Virus record (IMG/VR): IMGVR_UViG_3300012038_000039
Span: 1 to 24,630 of that record
Source of the DNA: a virus
Lineage: Duplodnaviria; Caudoviricetes
Reading direction: 5' to 3' (one strand)
DNA length: 24,630 nt
This document shows, piece by piece, positions 8,287-16,689 of this stretch (position 1 is the first letter of the stretch; each line of letters opens with the position of its first letter). The notes under the pieces are model-generated. The model searched no databases, was not told the DNA's origin, and saw only the letters and a list, made by a program, of their open reading frames with translations. Position numbers and translations under genes: made by a program.

Positions 8287-10115
8287 GGCGGATCGCCTGC
8301 CTGGTGTGGGGGCTCGGGCTGGCGGCGCCGGCGGTCGCGCAGGTCACGATCGCGGATCAGATCATCGCGCGGCAGACGGTCGTGGCCGGGACAACGATCG
8401 CGAGCGCGTCGCCGCTGACGGTGGTCGGGTTGCCGGCGGCGGCGGGGGCGATTGTCCGGATCGGGGCGGGCGGGCTCGTGGGGATCGGGCCGCTGGTGGC
8501 CGGGGATGTCCCGTCCGTGTTCACGCGCCGGGACGTGGCGGAGGTGATTCCGTCCAATTGGACGTTTAGCGGGGGCCTCCTGTCCCTGACGAATGCGACG
8601 AGTAACACGATCGCGTTTCCCTCATTGGGCGGCTACGGGCCACCGACGCTGACAACGCGGAGTATCGGTACGAAGGCTACCTGGTGGGGCCGTGATGCTC
8701 CGTCGACTGAGTTTGAGTATGCGACGGGCATTGATGGCGGAACCCTCTGGGCGTCAGTGCCCGCGTCGGGCGCGCGGTTTGCGTGGTTCGCCAACGATGG
8801 CGACACGATCAACGAAACCGGGACACCGGGGGCCGATCTCGTCGCGGAGCTGACGGGCACGCGCGATTTTCTGCCGGGGATGGGCTATAGCGGGAACCTG
8901 GGGCTGTTTAATCGCAAGTGGTTGACGCTAAACGCTGCCGAGTTGTGGGTCTCGACGCTGGTCGCGCAGGAAACGATCGCGACGATTGGCGGGCGCGTGC
9001 TCGTCGGGCCGACGACGACGTTGACCCGCGATCTGGCGCCGGGCGATACCGTGATCTGGGTGAAACACAATGCCTTCCAATTGCACGTGCCGGGGGTCGA
9101 GTTAGGCTCGAAGCTCGTGCTGGAAACCTACGCCGCCGGCGTCGCGAAGTTTGAAGTCGTGGCGGTGCAGGACACGACGACGCCGGGCGCCAGCGCCGGC
9201 GAGTATGGGTACACCGTGACGCGCAACCTCGACGGATCGGGCGCGAATGCCTGGACCGCCGGGGATGCGGTGTTCGATACCGGGAAGACGGGATCGGGAT
9301 TTATCGATCTCTATGCTCTGCGCGGGCTGTCGAATGCGTCGCAGCTCGGCCCGACGATTGTCGGCAATGTCCGCACGGCCGATGCCTATAACGCCTGGTC
9401 GCCGCGCTGGGCGCTGGGCAACCTGCAAGGGCTCTACGGCTACGGCGCCACGACGTACGGCGCGGCCTTCGGGAATGCGTCCTCCACCTTCGTCGCGGTG
9501 GACGCCACCAATGGCTTCCGCGTCGTCAATGCGTCCACGACGATCGGCCAATGGGACACGGCCGGTGTGGTCACGATCGGCCCGGTCACGTCGAGCACGA
9601 CCGGCAAGATGGTCATCGACAGCGACAGCGTGGATATCTCCTATCGCGGGGCCACGCTGTTTTCGATCTACAGCTCGGGATCGAGCCTTGCGAAATTCGA
9701 TACGCCGCTGTGGACGAATAGCGGCCTGATGACGCCCTCGATCGCGTGGCTGAGCGGCAATCTCGCGCTCTCGACCTCGACGAATTTATCGGCCATCACG
9801 CTGCAACCGGGGCCGTCGGCGCCGGTGAGCGGCGCGGTGCTGCCGGGCTTTGACAGCGCCACGCCACTCGGCAGTGCGACGAAACGATGGACGAATATTC
9901 ACCTCAACCTGCCGGTCCAGAGCGGCAGTCTGACGTTGCCGCCGTCGGGCTTCCCGTACCTCGTGACGGGTGACCGAACCGATGTGACGCGGCTGGGCTA
10001 TGTCTGCGGCGTGACGGCGACGCATTCGCTGTTAGTGGGCACGGCGACGTGTGCCAGCGGGGCGATGTACATGATTTTCCAATGCGGGGTGCTGGTGACC
10101 TCCGGCTGTTATTAG
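8283..10115 (+). CDS. tail fibre / tail-tip-like protein with predicted N-terminal Sec signal peptide
   Basis: GTGA-coupled start. MRRIACLVWGLGLAAPAVA|QV. Gly/Thr/Ser-rich beta content; two PxxxxxxxLGxxxxKW/RW fibre-type motifs; four Cys in the last 38 aa. Confidence 0.65.
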   Translation: MRRIACLVWGLGLAAPAVAQVTIADQIIARQTVVAGTTIASASPLTVVGLPAAAGAIVRIGAGGLVGIGPLVAGDVPSVFTRRDVAEVIPSNWTFSGGLLSLTNATSNTIAFPSLGGYGPPTLTTRSIGTKATWWGRDAPSTEFEYATGIDGGTLWASVPASGARFAWFANDGDTINETGTPGADLVAELTGTRDFLPGMGYSGNLGLFNRKWLTLNAAELWVSTLVAQETIATIGGRVLVGPTTTLTRDLAPGDTVIWVKHNAFQLHVPGVELGSKLVLETYAAGVAKFEVVAVQDTTTPGASAGEYGYTVTRNLDGSGANAWTAGDAVFDTGKTGSGFIDLYALRGLSNASQLGPTIVGNVRTADAYNAWSPRWALGNLQGLYGYGATTYGAAFGNASSTFVAVDATNGFRVVNASTTIGQWDTAGVVTIGPVTSSTTGKMVIDSDSVDISYRGATLFSIYSSGSSLAKFDTPLWTNSGLMTPSIAWLSGNLALSTSTNLSAITLQPGPSAPVSGAVLPGFDSATPLGSATKRWTNIHLNLPVQSGSLTLPPSGFPYLVTGDRTDVTRLGYVCGVTATHSLLVGTATCASGAMYMIFQCGVLVTSGCY

Positions 10116-10128
10116 GGTGGGACATCCT

Positions 10129-10581
10129 ATGCGCTATGTTCTGGTTGCCGCGCTGCTGATCGCTGCGCCCGTCGCCGCGCAGACCTCGACGCCTGGCACG
10201 TATGTCGACCGCTGGACGCTCTCGACGGATCCGCCGTTTGTCGGCCGCATTCAGATTGCCTCGGCGGTGACCGCGGGCATCGTGCTGGAAGAATCCGCCT
10301 CGACGCCGAACCACACGCAACGCTTCGCGCTGGCGCAGCGCGTGCTGAACGAACCGCAGTTTCTGGCGATTCGCTTGGCACCGATGATTGCGGCCTCGAT
10401 TCCGGTGACGAGCACCGACCACGATAACGACCCGGCGACGCCGCCCGTCGTGGACACGACGTGGACGGATGAGCAGTTACAGAACCTCATCACGCAACGC
10501 TGGAATCTGCTGGCGTCGGCCTTCGTGCCGGTCACGGCGCCGCCGGTCACGCTGCTGGCCGCGCCGCCGGGGAAGCCATGA
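10129..10581 (+). CDS. exported hypothetical protein, possibly fibre-associated chaperone
   Basis: MRYVLVAALLIAAPVAA|QT signal peptide; helical core (FVGRIQIAS...RFALAQRVL...TDEQLQNLITQRW). An alternative GTG start exists at 10117. Confidence 0.6.
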   Translation: MRYVLVAALLIAAPVAAQTSTPGTYVDRWTLSTDPPFVGRIQIASAVTAGIVLEESASTPNHTQRFALAQRVLNEPQFLAIRLAPMIAASIPVTSTDHDNDPATPPVVDTTWTDEQLQNLITQRWNLLASAFVPVTAPPVTLLAAPPGKP

Positions 10582-10946
10582 CGCGCCTTCGCGTTGGCCT
10601 GCAGGCGGTGGCGCTGGGGGCGGTGCTCATCACACCGCTGTTCGCGCAGACGCCGCCCTCGACGTCCAGTGCCCCGCCGGGCGCGGCGTCGGCGCTGCCG
10701 GATGGTCATCGCCTGCAGGCCGAAAATCTGCGCTTGCGTGCGCAAGTGCTCGAGCTCCAACGTGCGCTCGCGCAGCTGCAACTCGAAACCGAGTCGGCCC
10801 GGCTCAACGCCGACCGGCAGGCGCTCGAGGCGACCTTCCGCGCGCTGCTGAAGCCGGCGGCTGGCCTCGTCTTCGACTGGAATGTCCTCGCCTTCACGTC
10901 CCCCACACCGGCGCCCGCGCCGGCCGCTGCTGCCTCGCAACCCTGA
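10578..10946 (+). CDS. exported or membrane-anchored coiled-coil protein (i-spanin-like candidate)
   Basis: ATGA-coupled. MTRLRVGLQAVALGAVLITPLFA|QT, then heptad-rich LQAENLRLRAQVLELQRALAQLQLE. Confidence 0.6.
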   Translation: MTRLRVGLQAVALGAVLITPLFAQTPPSTSSAPPGAASALPDGHRLQAENLRLRAQVLELQRALAQLQLETESARLNADRQALEATFRALLKPAAGLVFDWNVLAFTSPTPAPAPAAAASQP

Positions 10947-10957
10947 CGGGAGTCCCC

Positions 10958-11428
10958 ATGCGATACCTTCCGCTGACCGCGCTGATCTTCCTGGTGGGCT
11001 GTGACCCGCAAACAATTGTGACGACGACGGTCACGGCGCCGACGCCGATCACGTTCCCGACCGCGACGCCCACGGCGACCGGCAGCTGTGCGCCGACGGC
11101 GACGTGTCCGAACCCGTGCTCGCCTGGCGTGACCTGCACCGGCGGCGGTGGTGGAATCGGCGGGGATCCGTCATCGCGCCTCCCGGAAATTTTCAGCTTC
11201 GATGCCGACACGCGCCGGATCAGCAAGGGCGCCGCGGCGGTGCTGCGCTGGGAAATTGGCGACCAACGCGCGACCGTGCGGATTGACCCGAACATCGGCA
11301 GCGTGAGTCCCGTCGGCTTCCTGCTGGTGTTTCCTGTGACGACGACGACCTACACGCTGACGGCCCGCAACAATCTCGGCACCGTGCAGCGCCAGTTGAC
11401 GATCGTCGTGTTCTCCGCCGAAACCTAA
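10958..11428 (+). CDS. lipoprotein with Thr/Pro/Cys linker and C-terminal Ig-like domain
   Basis: GGGAG RBS. MRYLPLTALIFLVG|C lipobox; Ig-like segment FSFDA..ISKG.AAVLRW...VRIDPNIGSV...TTTYTLTARN. True start 10958, not 10469. Confidence 0.75.
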   Translation: MRYLPLTALIFLVGCDPQTIVTTTVTAPTPITFPTATPTATGSCAPTATCPNPCSPGVTCTGGGGGIGGDPSSRLPEIFSFDADTRRISKGAAAVLRWEIGDQRATVRIDPNIGSVSPVGFLLVFPVTTTTYTLTARNNLGTVQRQLTIVVFSAET

Positions 11429-11431
11429 GTG

Positions 11432-11608
11432 ATGCACGAGGTGCTTGCCTTGACGCTGCCCACTCCGCCCCAGCCCGACCCGCTCGAGGATCCCGACGAC
11501 GTGCCGGCCGATCGCGAGGAGGTGCCGCCGCCGGAGGATCCCGACGACGACGACGCCCGTCCGGTGCCCGAACACGCGCGCATCGTGCCGCCGCGGCGGG
11601 GTCGCTGA
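11432..11608 (+). CDS. small acidic Pro-rich hypothetical protein (58 aa)
   Basis: MHEVLALTLPTPPQPDPLEDPDDVPADREEVPPPEDPDDDDARP... fills the gap in the operon; not in the ORF track. Confidence 0.5.
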   Translation: MHEVLALTLPTPPQPDPLEDPDDVPADREEVPPPEDPDDDDARPVPEHARIVPPRRGR

Positions 11609-11609
11609 G

Positions 11610-11747
11610 ATGCCGCCCGCGGTGCGACTCGTGCTGATCGTCGTGGCCATCGTGTGCTTTGCCCTAGCGGCGGCCGGCGTGGCGAGCCGCGTGAACCTGC
11701 AGGCGCTGGGGCTGGCGCTGTGGGCGACCGCGACGCTGCTGGTGTGA
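11610..11747 (+). CDS. small two-helix membrane protein (45 aa), holin-like candidate
   Basis: MPPAVRLVLIVVAIVCFALAAAGVASRVNLQALGLALWATATLLV has two hydrophobic segments; TGATG-coupled to the next gene. Confidence 0.6.
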   Translation: MPPAVRLVLIVVAIVCFALAAAGVASRVNLQALGLALWATATLLV

Positions 11748-13282
11748 TGCACCGGCCGCAGACGCTCTCGCTGGTGGCCGACTTGGCGTGGAGGCCGCTC
11801 TTCGAGGCGGCCCGGCCGATCGTCCCGCCTCCGCGCGTGCACAAGTTCATCGACTGTGATGGCGGGAGCGATACCACGGGAACCGGCACCTACGCGAACC
11901 CCTGGAAGACGCCCTACACCTGGACGATGCAGGCGCGGCCCGGCGAGTACTGGCATCTGCGCGGGAAGGGCGATCCGGATACCGCGTCGATTTACCCGCT
12001 GGCCGACGGCACGCCGCACGACTGGATCACGTTCGGAGATTGGGACGGGGCGCCGCTGCATCTGCCCGGCCCCACCGGGCTGCAGCCGGTCGTCACGCTC
12101 GACGGGCGCCAGCGCATCTGCCTCGAGCAGCTCACCATCGACGCGACGAACTCGAGCACGATGGACGGCGGCGCGATTCGCGGGAACGGCCAGGGCTGCC
12201 AGCATATCGTGATTCGCCGGAACCACGTCCAGGTGCGGAGCGGCGCGCACGGGTGCCAGTTCTTCATCGACCCGTCGCACATCTGGATTGAGGACAACGA
12301 TCTCGACGGGCACGGCCGCGACGACGTGCGCTACGCCAACAGCGGCGACGGGATCGCCTTCGGCGGGAACGCCACGGCGTCCCAGTGCTACGCCTACCGC
12401 AACCGGATCACCGACTTCGGGCACATGGGGATCCAGGCGCTGACGCAGGTCGCCGACCGGCACAACAGCGGCATCTACAGCGGCTTTAATGCGGTCAGCT
12501 CGACGCTGGCGGGCGGCATCGCCTACCTGCGGACGGATGATTCGCTGGTGGTCGGGAACCTGATCGACGGCATCGCGACCAACGACGCGAGTCAGAGCAA
12601 CTCGAAGGAAGGGATCATCGTTAACGGCTACCGGAACGGCTACTACCTGAACCGGATCCGGGACGTCCACGGCCCGGCGCTGCTGCTGCTCGTCAACGCC
12701 TTCGGCGGCATCGGCCAGAGCTGCGTCGAGAACGACATCGCCGGGAACGCCTGCTACGGCGGCGACACCTTCCCGCTGGCGGTGACGCTGCGGACGGCCA
12801 CGCCGGATCTGCACGGGCTGTTGACGATGGCCGGCAACCGTTACCGCGGGAACGTCCACGCGCGCAACATGCGGAACGGCCAGGGCGGGTTCTACGAGGG
12901 CTGCATCTGGCAGGTCTGGGTCACGCTGGGCGCGAGCGGCTATCTGCTGGCGCCCGCGGAGTCCGAACGCTGGTGTCCCGGCGGCGTGGCGAACGTGGCC
13001 GAGCGGCGCCTGGCCGGGCTGACGCTGACGGACAACCTGTTCGACCCGACGGGCACCAGCCCGACGGCCGGCTTCCTGATGTTCACGGCCAGCGATGCCA
13101 CGCAGGCCAACGTCAATTCGACCTACCCGGCATCCGCCGACGCGGCGGCGCAATTCGGCGCGGCCGTGGTCCGTGGCAACGTGGAGGCGGATGCCGGGTT
13201 CACCGAAGAGGATCCGACGGACGCGCGGTGGCTGACGCGGCGGGCCGAGGCCGACGCGATCGCCGTCGTGGTCGGCGGCTAG
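11747..13282 (+). CDS. right-handed parallel beta-helix protein (pectin-lyase fold; tailspike/depolymerase candidate)
   Basis: FIDCDGGSDTTGTGTYANPWKT N-terminal motif; repeated Asn-ladder strands HIVIRRNHV, HIWIEDNDL, AYRNRI, LVVGNLI, VENDIAGN. Start 11747 by TGATG coupling. Confidence 0.75.
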   Translation: MHRPQTLSLVADLAWRPLFEAARPIVPPPRVHKFIDCDGGSDTTGTGTYANPWKTPYTWTMQARPGEYWHLRGKGDPDTASIYPLADGTPHDWITFGDWDGAPLHLPGPTGLQPVVTLDGRQRICLEQLTIDATNSSTMDGGAIRGNGQGCQHIVIRRNHVQVRSGAHGCQFFIDPSHIWIEDNDLDGHGRDDVRYANSGDGIAFGGNATASQCYAYRNRITDFGHMGIQALTQVADRHNSGIYSGFNAVSSTLAGGIAYLRTDDSLVVGNLIDGIATNDASQSNSKEGIIVNGYRNGYYLNRIRDVHGPALLLLVNAFGGIGQSCVENDIAGNACYGGDTFPLAVTLRTATPDLHGLLTMAGNRYRGNVHARNMRNGQGGFYEGCIWQVWVTLGASGYLLAPAESERWCPGGVANVAERRLAGLTLTDNLFDPTGTSPTAGFLMFTASDATQANVNSTYPASADAAAQFGAAVVRGNVEADAGFTEEDPTDARWLTRRAEADAIAVVVGG

Positions 13283-13300
13283 ACGAAGGGGACACTCATC

Positions 13301-13636
13301 ATGGCGCTCCCGGCGACGGTGAACATCACGGCCTACGCGGGCGACACCTGGTCGCAGCAGTTCCGGCTGAAGCTCGGGGATACGCCCGTGGACCTGACCG
13401 GCGCGACGGTGCGGTCGTGGGCGCAGCATCTGCAAGGCGCCGTCGTGGAACTGGCCGTCACGGTGCCGACGCCGACAGACGGCCTGTTCTATCTCGGCAT
13501 CGGGCCGGATGGCCTGCCCAGCGGCAGCTACACCTATGACGTGGAAGTGACGCAGGCGGGGATCGTGACGACGTGGATTCGTGGCCAGTTGGTCGTGACG
13601 GCCGACATTACGCAGCCGGCGGAGGTGACGCCATGA
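13301..13636 (+). CDS. small beta-sandwich fibre adaptor (BppU-N-like)
   Basis: GAAGGGG RBS. GDTW...PVDLTGAT...GSYTYDVEV...TWIRG motif, common directly upstream of phage fibre genes. Confidence 0.65.
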   Translation: MALPATVNITAYAGDTWSQQFRLKLGDTPVDLTGATVRSWAQHLQGAVVELAVTVPTPTDGLFYLGIGPDGLPSGSYTYDVEVTQAGIVTTWIRGQLVVTADITQPAEVTP

Positions 13637-14478
13637 GCGACACGGTGATCGAAGTCATCACGGATCCACCGCCGGTCATCGAAGTCATTGAGGGCGCGGC
13701 GGGCGCGCCGGGTCCCCAAGGGCCAGCGGGACCAGCCGGACCAGCGGGCGCGGCTGGGGCCGATGGCCTGCCCGGCCCCCCGGGTGCGGATGGGGCTGAT
13801 GGCGCCGATGGCACGCCGGGCGCGGTCGGCGCGCAAGGGCCCGCCGGACCCACCGGGCCCACCGGACCCGCGGGCGCGGACGGGGCACCCGGGGCCACGG
13901 GCGCGCAAGGGGTGCCGGGCAATCCGGCCAGCGTGCCGCAGGCGGCGCTGGGCCAGGTGCTCATCTCGCAGGGCGCGGGCGTGGCGTCGGTGATGAGTGC
14001 GAACCCGGCGGTGACGGGCAGTCTGGCGATCGGCACGAACCCGGCGGCGACCGGCGCGATCCGGCTGGCGAACAATCAGGCGATCGTCGGGCGCAATGCC
14101 GCCAATACGGCCGACCAATCGCTCGTGCAGTTCGATGCGGGGAATGATCTGATTTTTGGGAGCGCCAGCTATGCCCGGCCGATCCATTTTTACAGTCTGG
14201 GCGGGCTGCATATCCTGGCGGCGGCGGGGGCCGAGTTCTACTTCGATGCCAACGGCCTGTATCCGGGCGCGAACAATACCCGCGCGATCGGGCATCCGTC
14301 CCTGCGGTTCGCCGTCGTGAATGTCGGCACGGCGATCAATCTGAAGGAAACCACGGCGCCCGCGGCGCCCGCGGCCGACTGCGTGAACCTCTGGGTGCAG
14401 GACAACGGCGCGGGCAAGACGCAGCTCATGGTGCGATTCGCCACGGGCGCCGCGATTCAACTGGCGATTGAGCCGTAG
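13633..14478 (+). CDS. collagen-like tail fibre protein
   Basis: GGAGG RBS, ATGA overlap. 26 uninterrupted Gly-X-Y triplets, then a beta-rich C-terminal domain ending [15 protein letters not shown]. Confidence 0.8.
   Translation: MSDTVIEVITDPPPVIEVIEGAAGAPGPQGPAGPAGPAGAAGADGLPGPPGADGADGADGTPGAVGAQGPAGPTGPTGPAGADGAPGATGAQGVPGNPASVPQAALGQVLISQGAGVASVMSANPAVTGSLAIGTNPAATGAIRLANNQAIVGRNAANTADQSLVQFDAGNDLIFGSASYARPIHFYSLGGLHILAAAGAEFYFDANGLYPGANNTRAIGHPSLRFAVVNVGTAINLKETTAPAAPAADCVNLWVQDNGAGKTQLMVRFATGAAIQLAIEP
13693..13926 (+). repeat. collagen Gly-X-Y repeat (26 triplets)
   Basis: [18 protein letters not shown]...GAQGVPGNP, counted from the translation. Confidence 0.9.
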
Positions 14479-14482
14479 CTCG

Positions 14483-14517
14483 GCCGCGTCAGTGGCGGCA
14501 GGAGCGTTTGACGCGGC
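14483..14517. terminator. GC-rich hairpin between convergent genes (possible terminator)
   Basis: GCCGCGTCA (14483-14491) / TGACGCGGC (14509-14517): 9-bp stem, 17-nt loop, no U-tract. Confidence 0.35.
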
Positions 14518-14533
14518 GGCTGCGCGTTCCTGG

Positions 14534-14896
14534 TCAGTCATGGACGTCATCTTTTGGCATCAGATGGTGCGTGCGGAACATCTCTTCCAGTGAGGCGACG
14601 CACCATTGCAACCGGTCGTTGAGGCTGGCGTCCTCGCCGGGGGGCTGCTCCCCATCGGCCATGATGTGCGCAGTCTGCGCCGTCCGCATGGCGGCGGCGA
14701 GTCGATGGGCTTCTCGGACGACGATGTGCGTATCGAGCGGGCCGTATTTCCCGCTGGCCAACAGGCCGACGAGGGCCTGTCCGGCGTAGTACTCGTACAG
14801 GGAGAGGCCGGGCGGCGTTCCCCTCATCCTCGCCATGTCGGCCTGGATGTCGGCCTGCATCTTCCTGAGTTGGGCGTTGTCGTCTTTAGTGCTCAT
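14534..14896 (-). CDS. phage hypothetical protein (LxxYxAGQALxGLLA-type motif)
   Basis: MSTKDDNAQLRK...GLSLYEYYAGQALVGLLAS...AHRLAAAM resembles a widespread small phage protein motif. Start overlaps the upstream gene's end. Confidence 0.65.
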   Translation of the reverse strand: MSTKDDNAQLRKMQADIQADMARMRGTPPGLSLYEYYAGQALVGLLASGKYGPLDTHIVVREAHRLAAAMRTAQTAHIMADGEQPPGEDASLNDRLQWCVASLEEMFRTHHLMPKDDVHD

Positions 14897-15680
14897 CGGA
14901 ACCAGATTTCGTGGTGGGTTCTGGCGGATAGACCCAATCCAGCGTCCGTCCCAGAATCGCGCGTCGGACGGCCGGCGCATCCGCCTTCGCCAGCAAGTGA
15001 TCGAACAGAACCGCTAACCGCTTTTCGTTGAGGGCGACGGGCGGCGCCTTGCCGGCAGTCTTAAGGATGCCGGCGAAGCGGCGCGCGAGAAACATCACCA
15101 CGAGGAGTCGGGCATCCCCGCTCACGTCGTTGAGCTGGCTGACGCAGCGGTCCCATTCCATCAAGAGCGCATGGGTGCGGCCCCCGGTCTGCTCGGCCTC
15201 TTCATGGGCGATCCGCGCTTCGGGGGTGAAGGGGATCAGCGCCCCATCGGCGGTCAATAGCCGCGGAGGTTTCGGGCCCGGCGTGTAGCGCTTGTCAGCG
15301 GTGCGGACAAGGCTCTGCCCTTGGGTTGGGTAAGCTCGTTTCAGAAAATTCGTCATCAACCATCGTCGAACGGCATCGCGGCCTTGCGGGGGTGTCCATT
15401 CCGTACTCTTAGGTACGGAGTGAACATCCTTGTGTGGTTTGGCTTTCAGCTCCAGGTCGCGCCTTCGCAGACACCAGGCCTCGCAGTACGCCATCTCCAC
15501 GGCATCTAAGCGCGCGATGAGCGGCTCGACGATTTCACTGAGTGATAGCGGGTGACCGGCGTCATAGAGCACACCAAACGCCTTGAGAGTGATGGACATC
15601 GAACCATCACTCCCATTGCGACGGACCCAGACACGCCGGAGTCCAATCTCCGGCGTGTTGAGCGTGGGCGGTTCAGTCAT
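14886..15680 (-). CDS. hypothetical protein (264 aa)
   Basis: ATGA-coupled to the ParB-like gene (15677-15680); starts MTEPPTLNTPEIG; no family recognised. Confidence 0.65.
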   Translation of the reverse strand: MTEPPTLNTPEIGLRRVWVRRNGSDGSMSITLKAFGVLYDAGHPLSLSEIVEPLIARLDAVEMAYCEAWCLRRRDLELKAKPHKDVHSVPKSTEWTPPQGRDAVRRWLMTNFLKRAYPTQGQSLVRTADKRYTPGPKPPRLLTADGALIPFTPEARIAHEEAEQTGGRTHALLMEWDRCVSQLNDVSGDARLLVVMFLARRFAGILKTAGKAPPVALNEKRLAVLFDHLLAKADAPAVRRAILGRTLDWVYPPEPTTKSGSDEH

Positions 15681-16657
15681 GACGGTTCGGCTGTTGCCAC
15701 ATAGTCCTGCCAATACAGCGCCGACACTTTGGTTGACAGCGCATTCAACCGCTTCCACGAGGTGGCGGCTTCCGCGTTATCGGGCATCACGAAGTCCGGC
15801 GGATTTTCACTGATGGCTAACAGATCATTCACTAAGCGTAGGGCTTTCTTCGCGTGACTTTTACTCAAGGATTGCCGCGGCGGCGGGCCGGTCACGGGCC
15901 CCCACTTCGCGGCGACGGTTTGAATCGCGGCGAGCGCATCGGCGTCCGACCGTGTCTGTTCGATCTGCTTAACGAGCTCGCTGACATCTTTCGTGGAGGG
16001 CTTCGCCTGCGCGACGATTTCAACGGCGGCCCGGAAGGGTTCATCATGGGCAATGCTCGCCAGCGTGCGTTGGGTTTGCTTCGGCAGCTTGACATTGGCC
16101 AGGCCGGTGCGTTCGGCGGCTTCACGAAACGTCCGGTCCTTTCGCACGTTCCGCACATGACTGATGGAGCGCCCCAACCATCGGGCCACCGCTTCGTCAC
16201 CATGTCCGGCCTCGAGCATGATCTCGGCCGCGGCCACGATTTCGTCTTCGGTCAGCCGATCGCCCCCCATCTGATTGATGGCGGCGGCGAGCATCTTGGC
16301 TTGTCCCAGCTGCGCAAACTTCACCTTGTAGGCCGCGAAGGTCTTGCGGGCCAAGCGCTGCGCCGCGGCAATGCGGGTATTGCCGTCGACGAGGATGTTC
16401 GTCGCGCTCACGATGATGGGCGGGAAGACGGCTCCGTGCCGCATGTGGGTCGTGTATTCCTCCACCGTGGACGTGGGCGCCTGGTGGTCTTTCGCGCGGA
16501 TCTGCGTCGCGGGCTCGAGCTTCAGGCGGCTCAAGGGGAAGTTCAGATCGAGTTCGTACGGGAGGCCCCACTCGTCGAGTAAGGCTTCAATCCGCGTGTC
16601 ACGCATCGTTGCGTCCTCATCGTCGTCCAATAGGGGCGTCGCGGCAGCTTCGGGCAT
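15677..16657 (-). CDS. ParB/Srx N-terminal domain protein with HTH
   Basis: Strong RBS AGGGAGG before ATG 16657. VEEYTTHMRHGAVFPPIIV...LVDGNTRIAAA (ParB box II-like); HTH-like GDEAVARWLGRSISHVRN. Confidence 0.8.
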   Translation of the reverse strand: MPEAAATPLLDDDEDATMRDTRIEALLDEWGLPYELDLNFPLSRLKLEPATQIRAKDHQAPTSTVEEYTTHMRHGAVFPPIIVSATNILVDGNTRIAAAQRLARKTFAAYKVKFAQLGQAKMLAAAINQMGGDRLTEDEIVAAAEIMLEAGHGDEAVARWLGRSISHVRNVRKDRTFREAAERTGLANVKLPKQTQRTLASIAHDEPFRAAVEIVAQAKPSTKDVSELVKQIEQTRSDADALAAIQTVAAKWGPVTGPPPRQSLSKSHAKKALRLVNDLLAISENPPDFVMPDNAEAATSWKRLNALSTKVSALYWQDYVATAEPS

Positions 16658-16689
16658 CCTATCCCTCCCTTGTGGGTAAGCGGACGGAA

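Noticed and set aside
11171-13435. 754-aa minus-strand ORF
   Set aside because: Antisense shadow of the beta-helix gene in high-GC DNA; Arg/Val-rich with no motifs.
8283-14478. Diversity-generating retroelement or invertible fibre cassette
   Set aside because: No reverse transcriptase, invertase or duplicated template/variable repeat seen by eye.
15677-16657. Plasmid-prophage partition system
   Set aside because: No ParA/Walker ATPase or parS array seen, and the phage has an integrase and attP.
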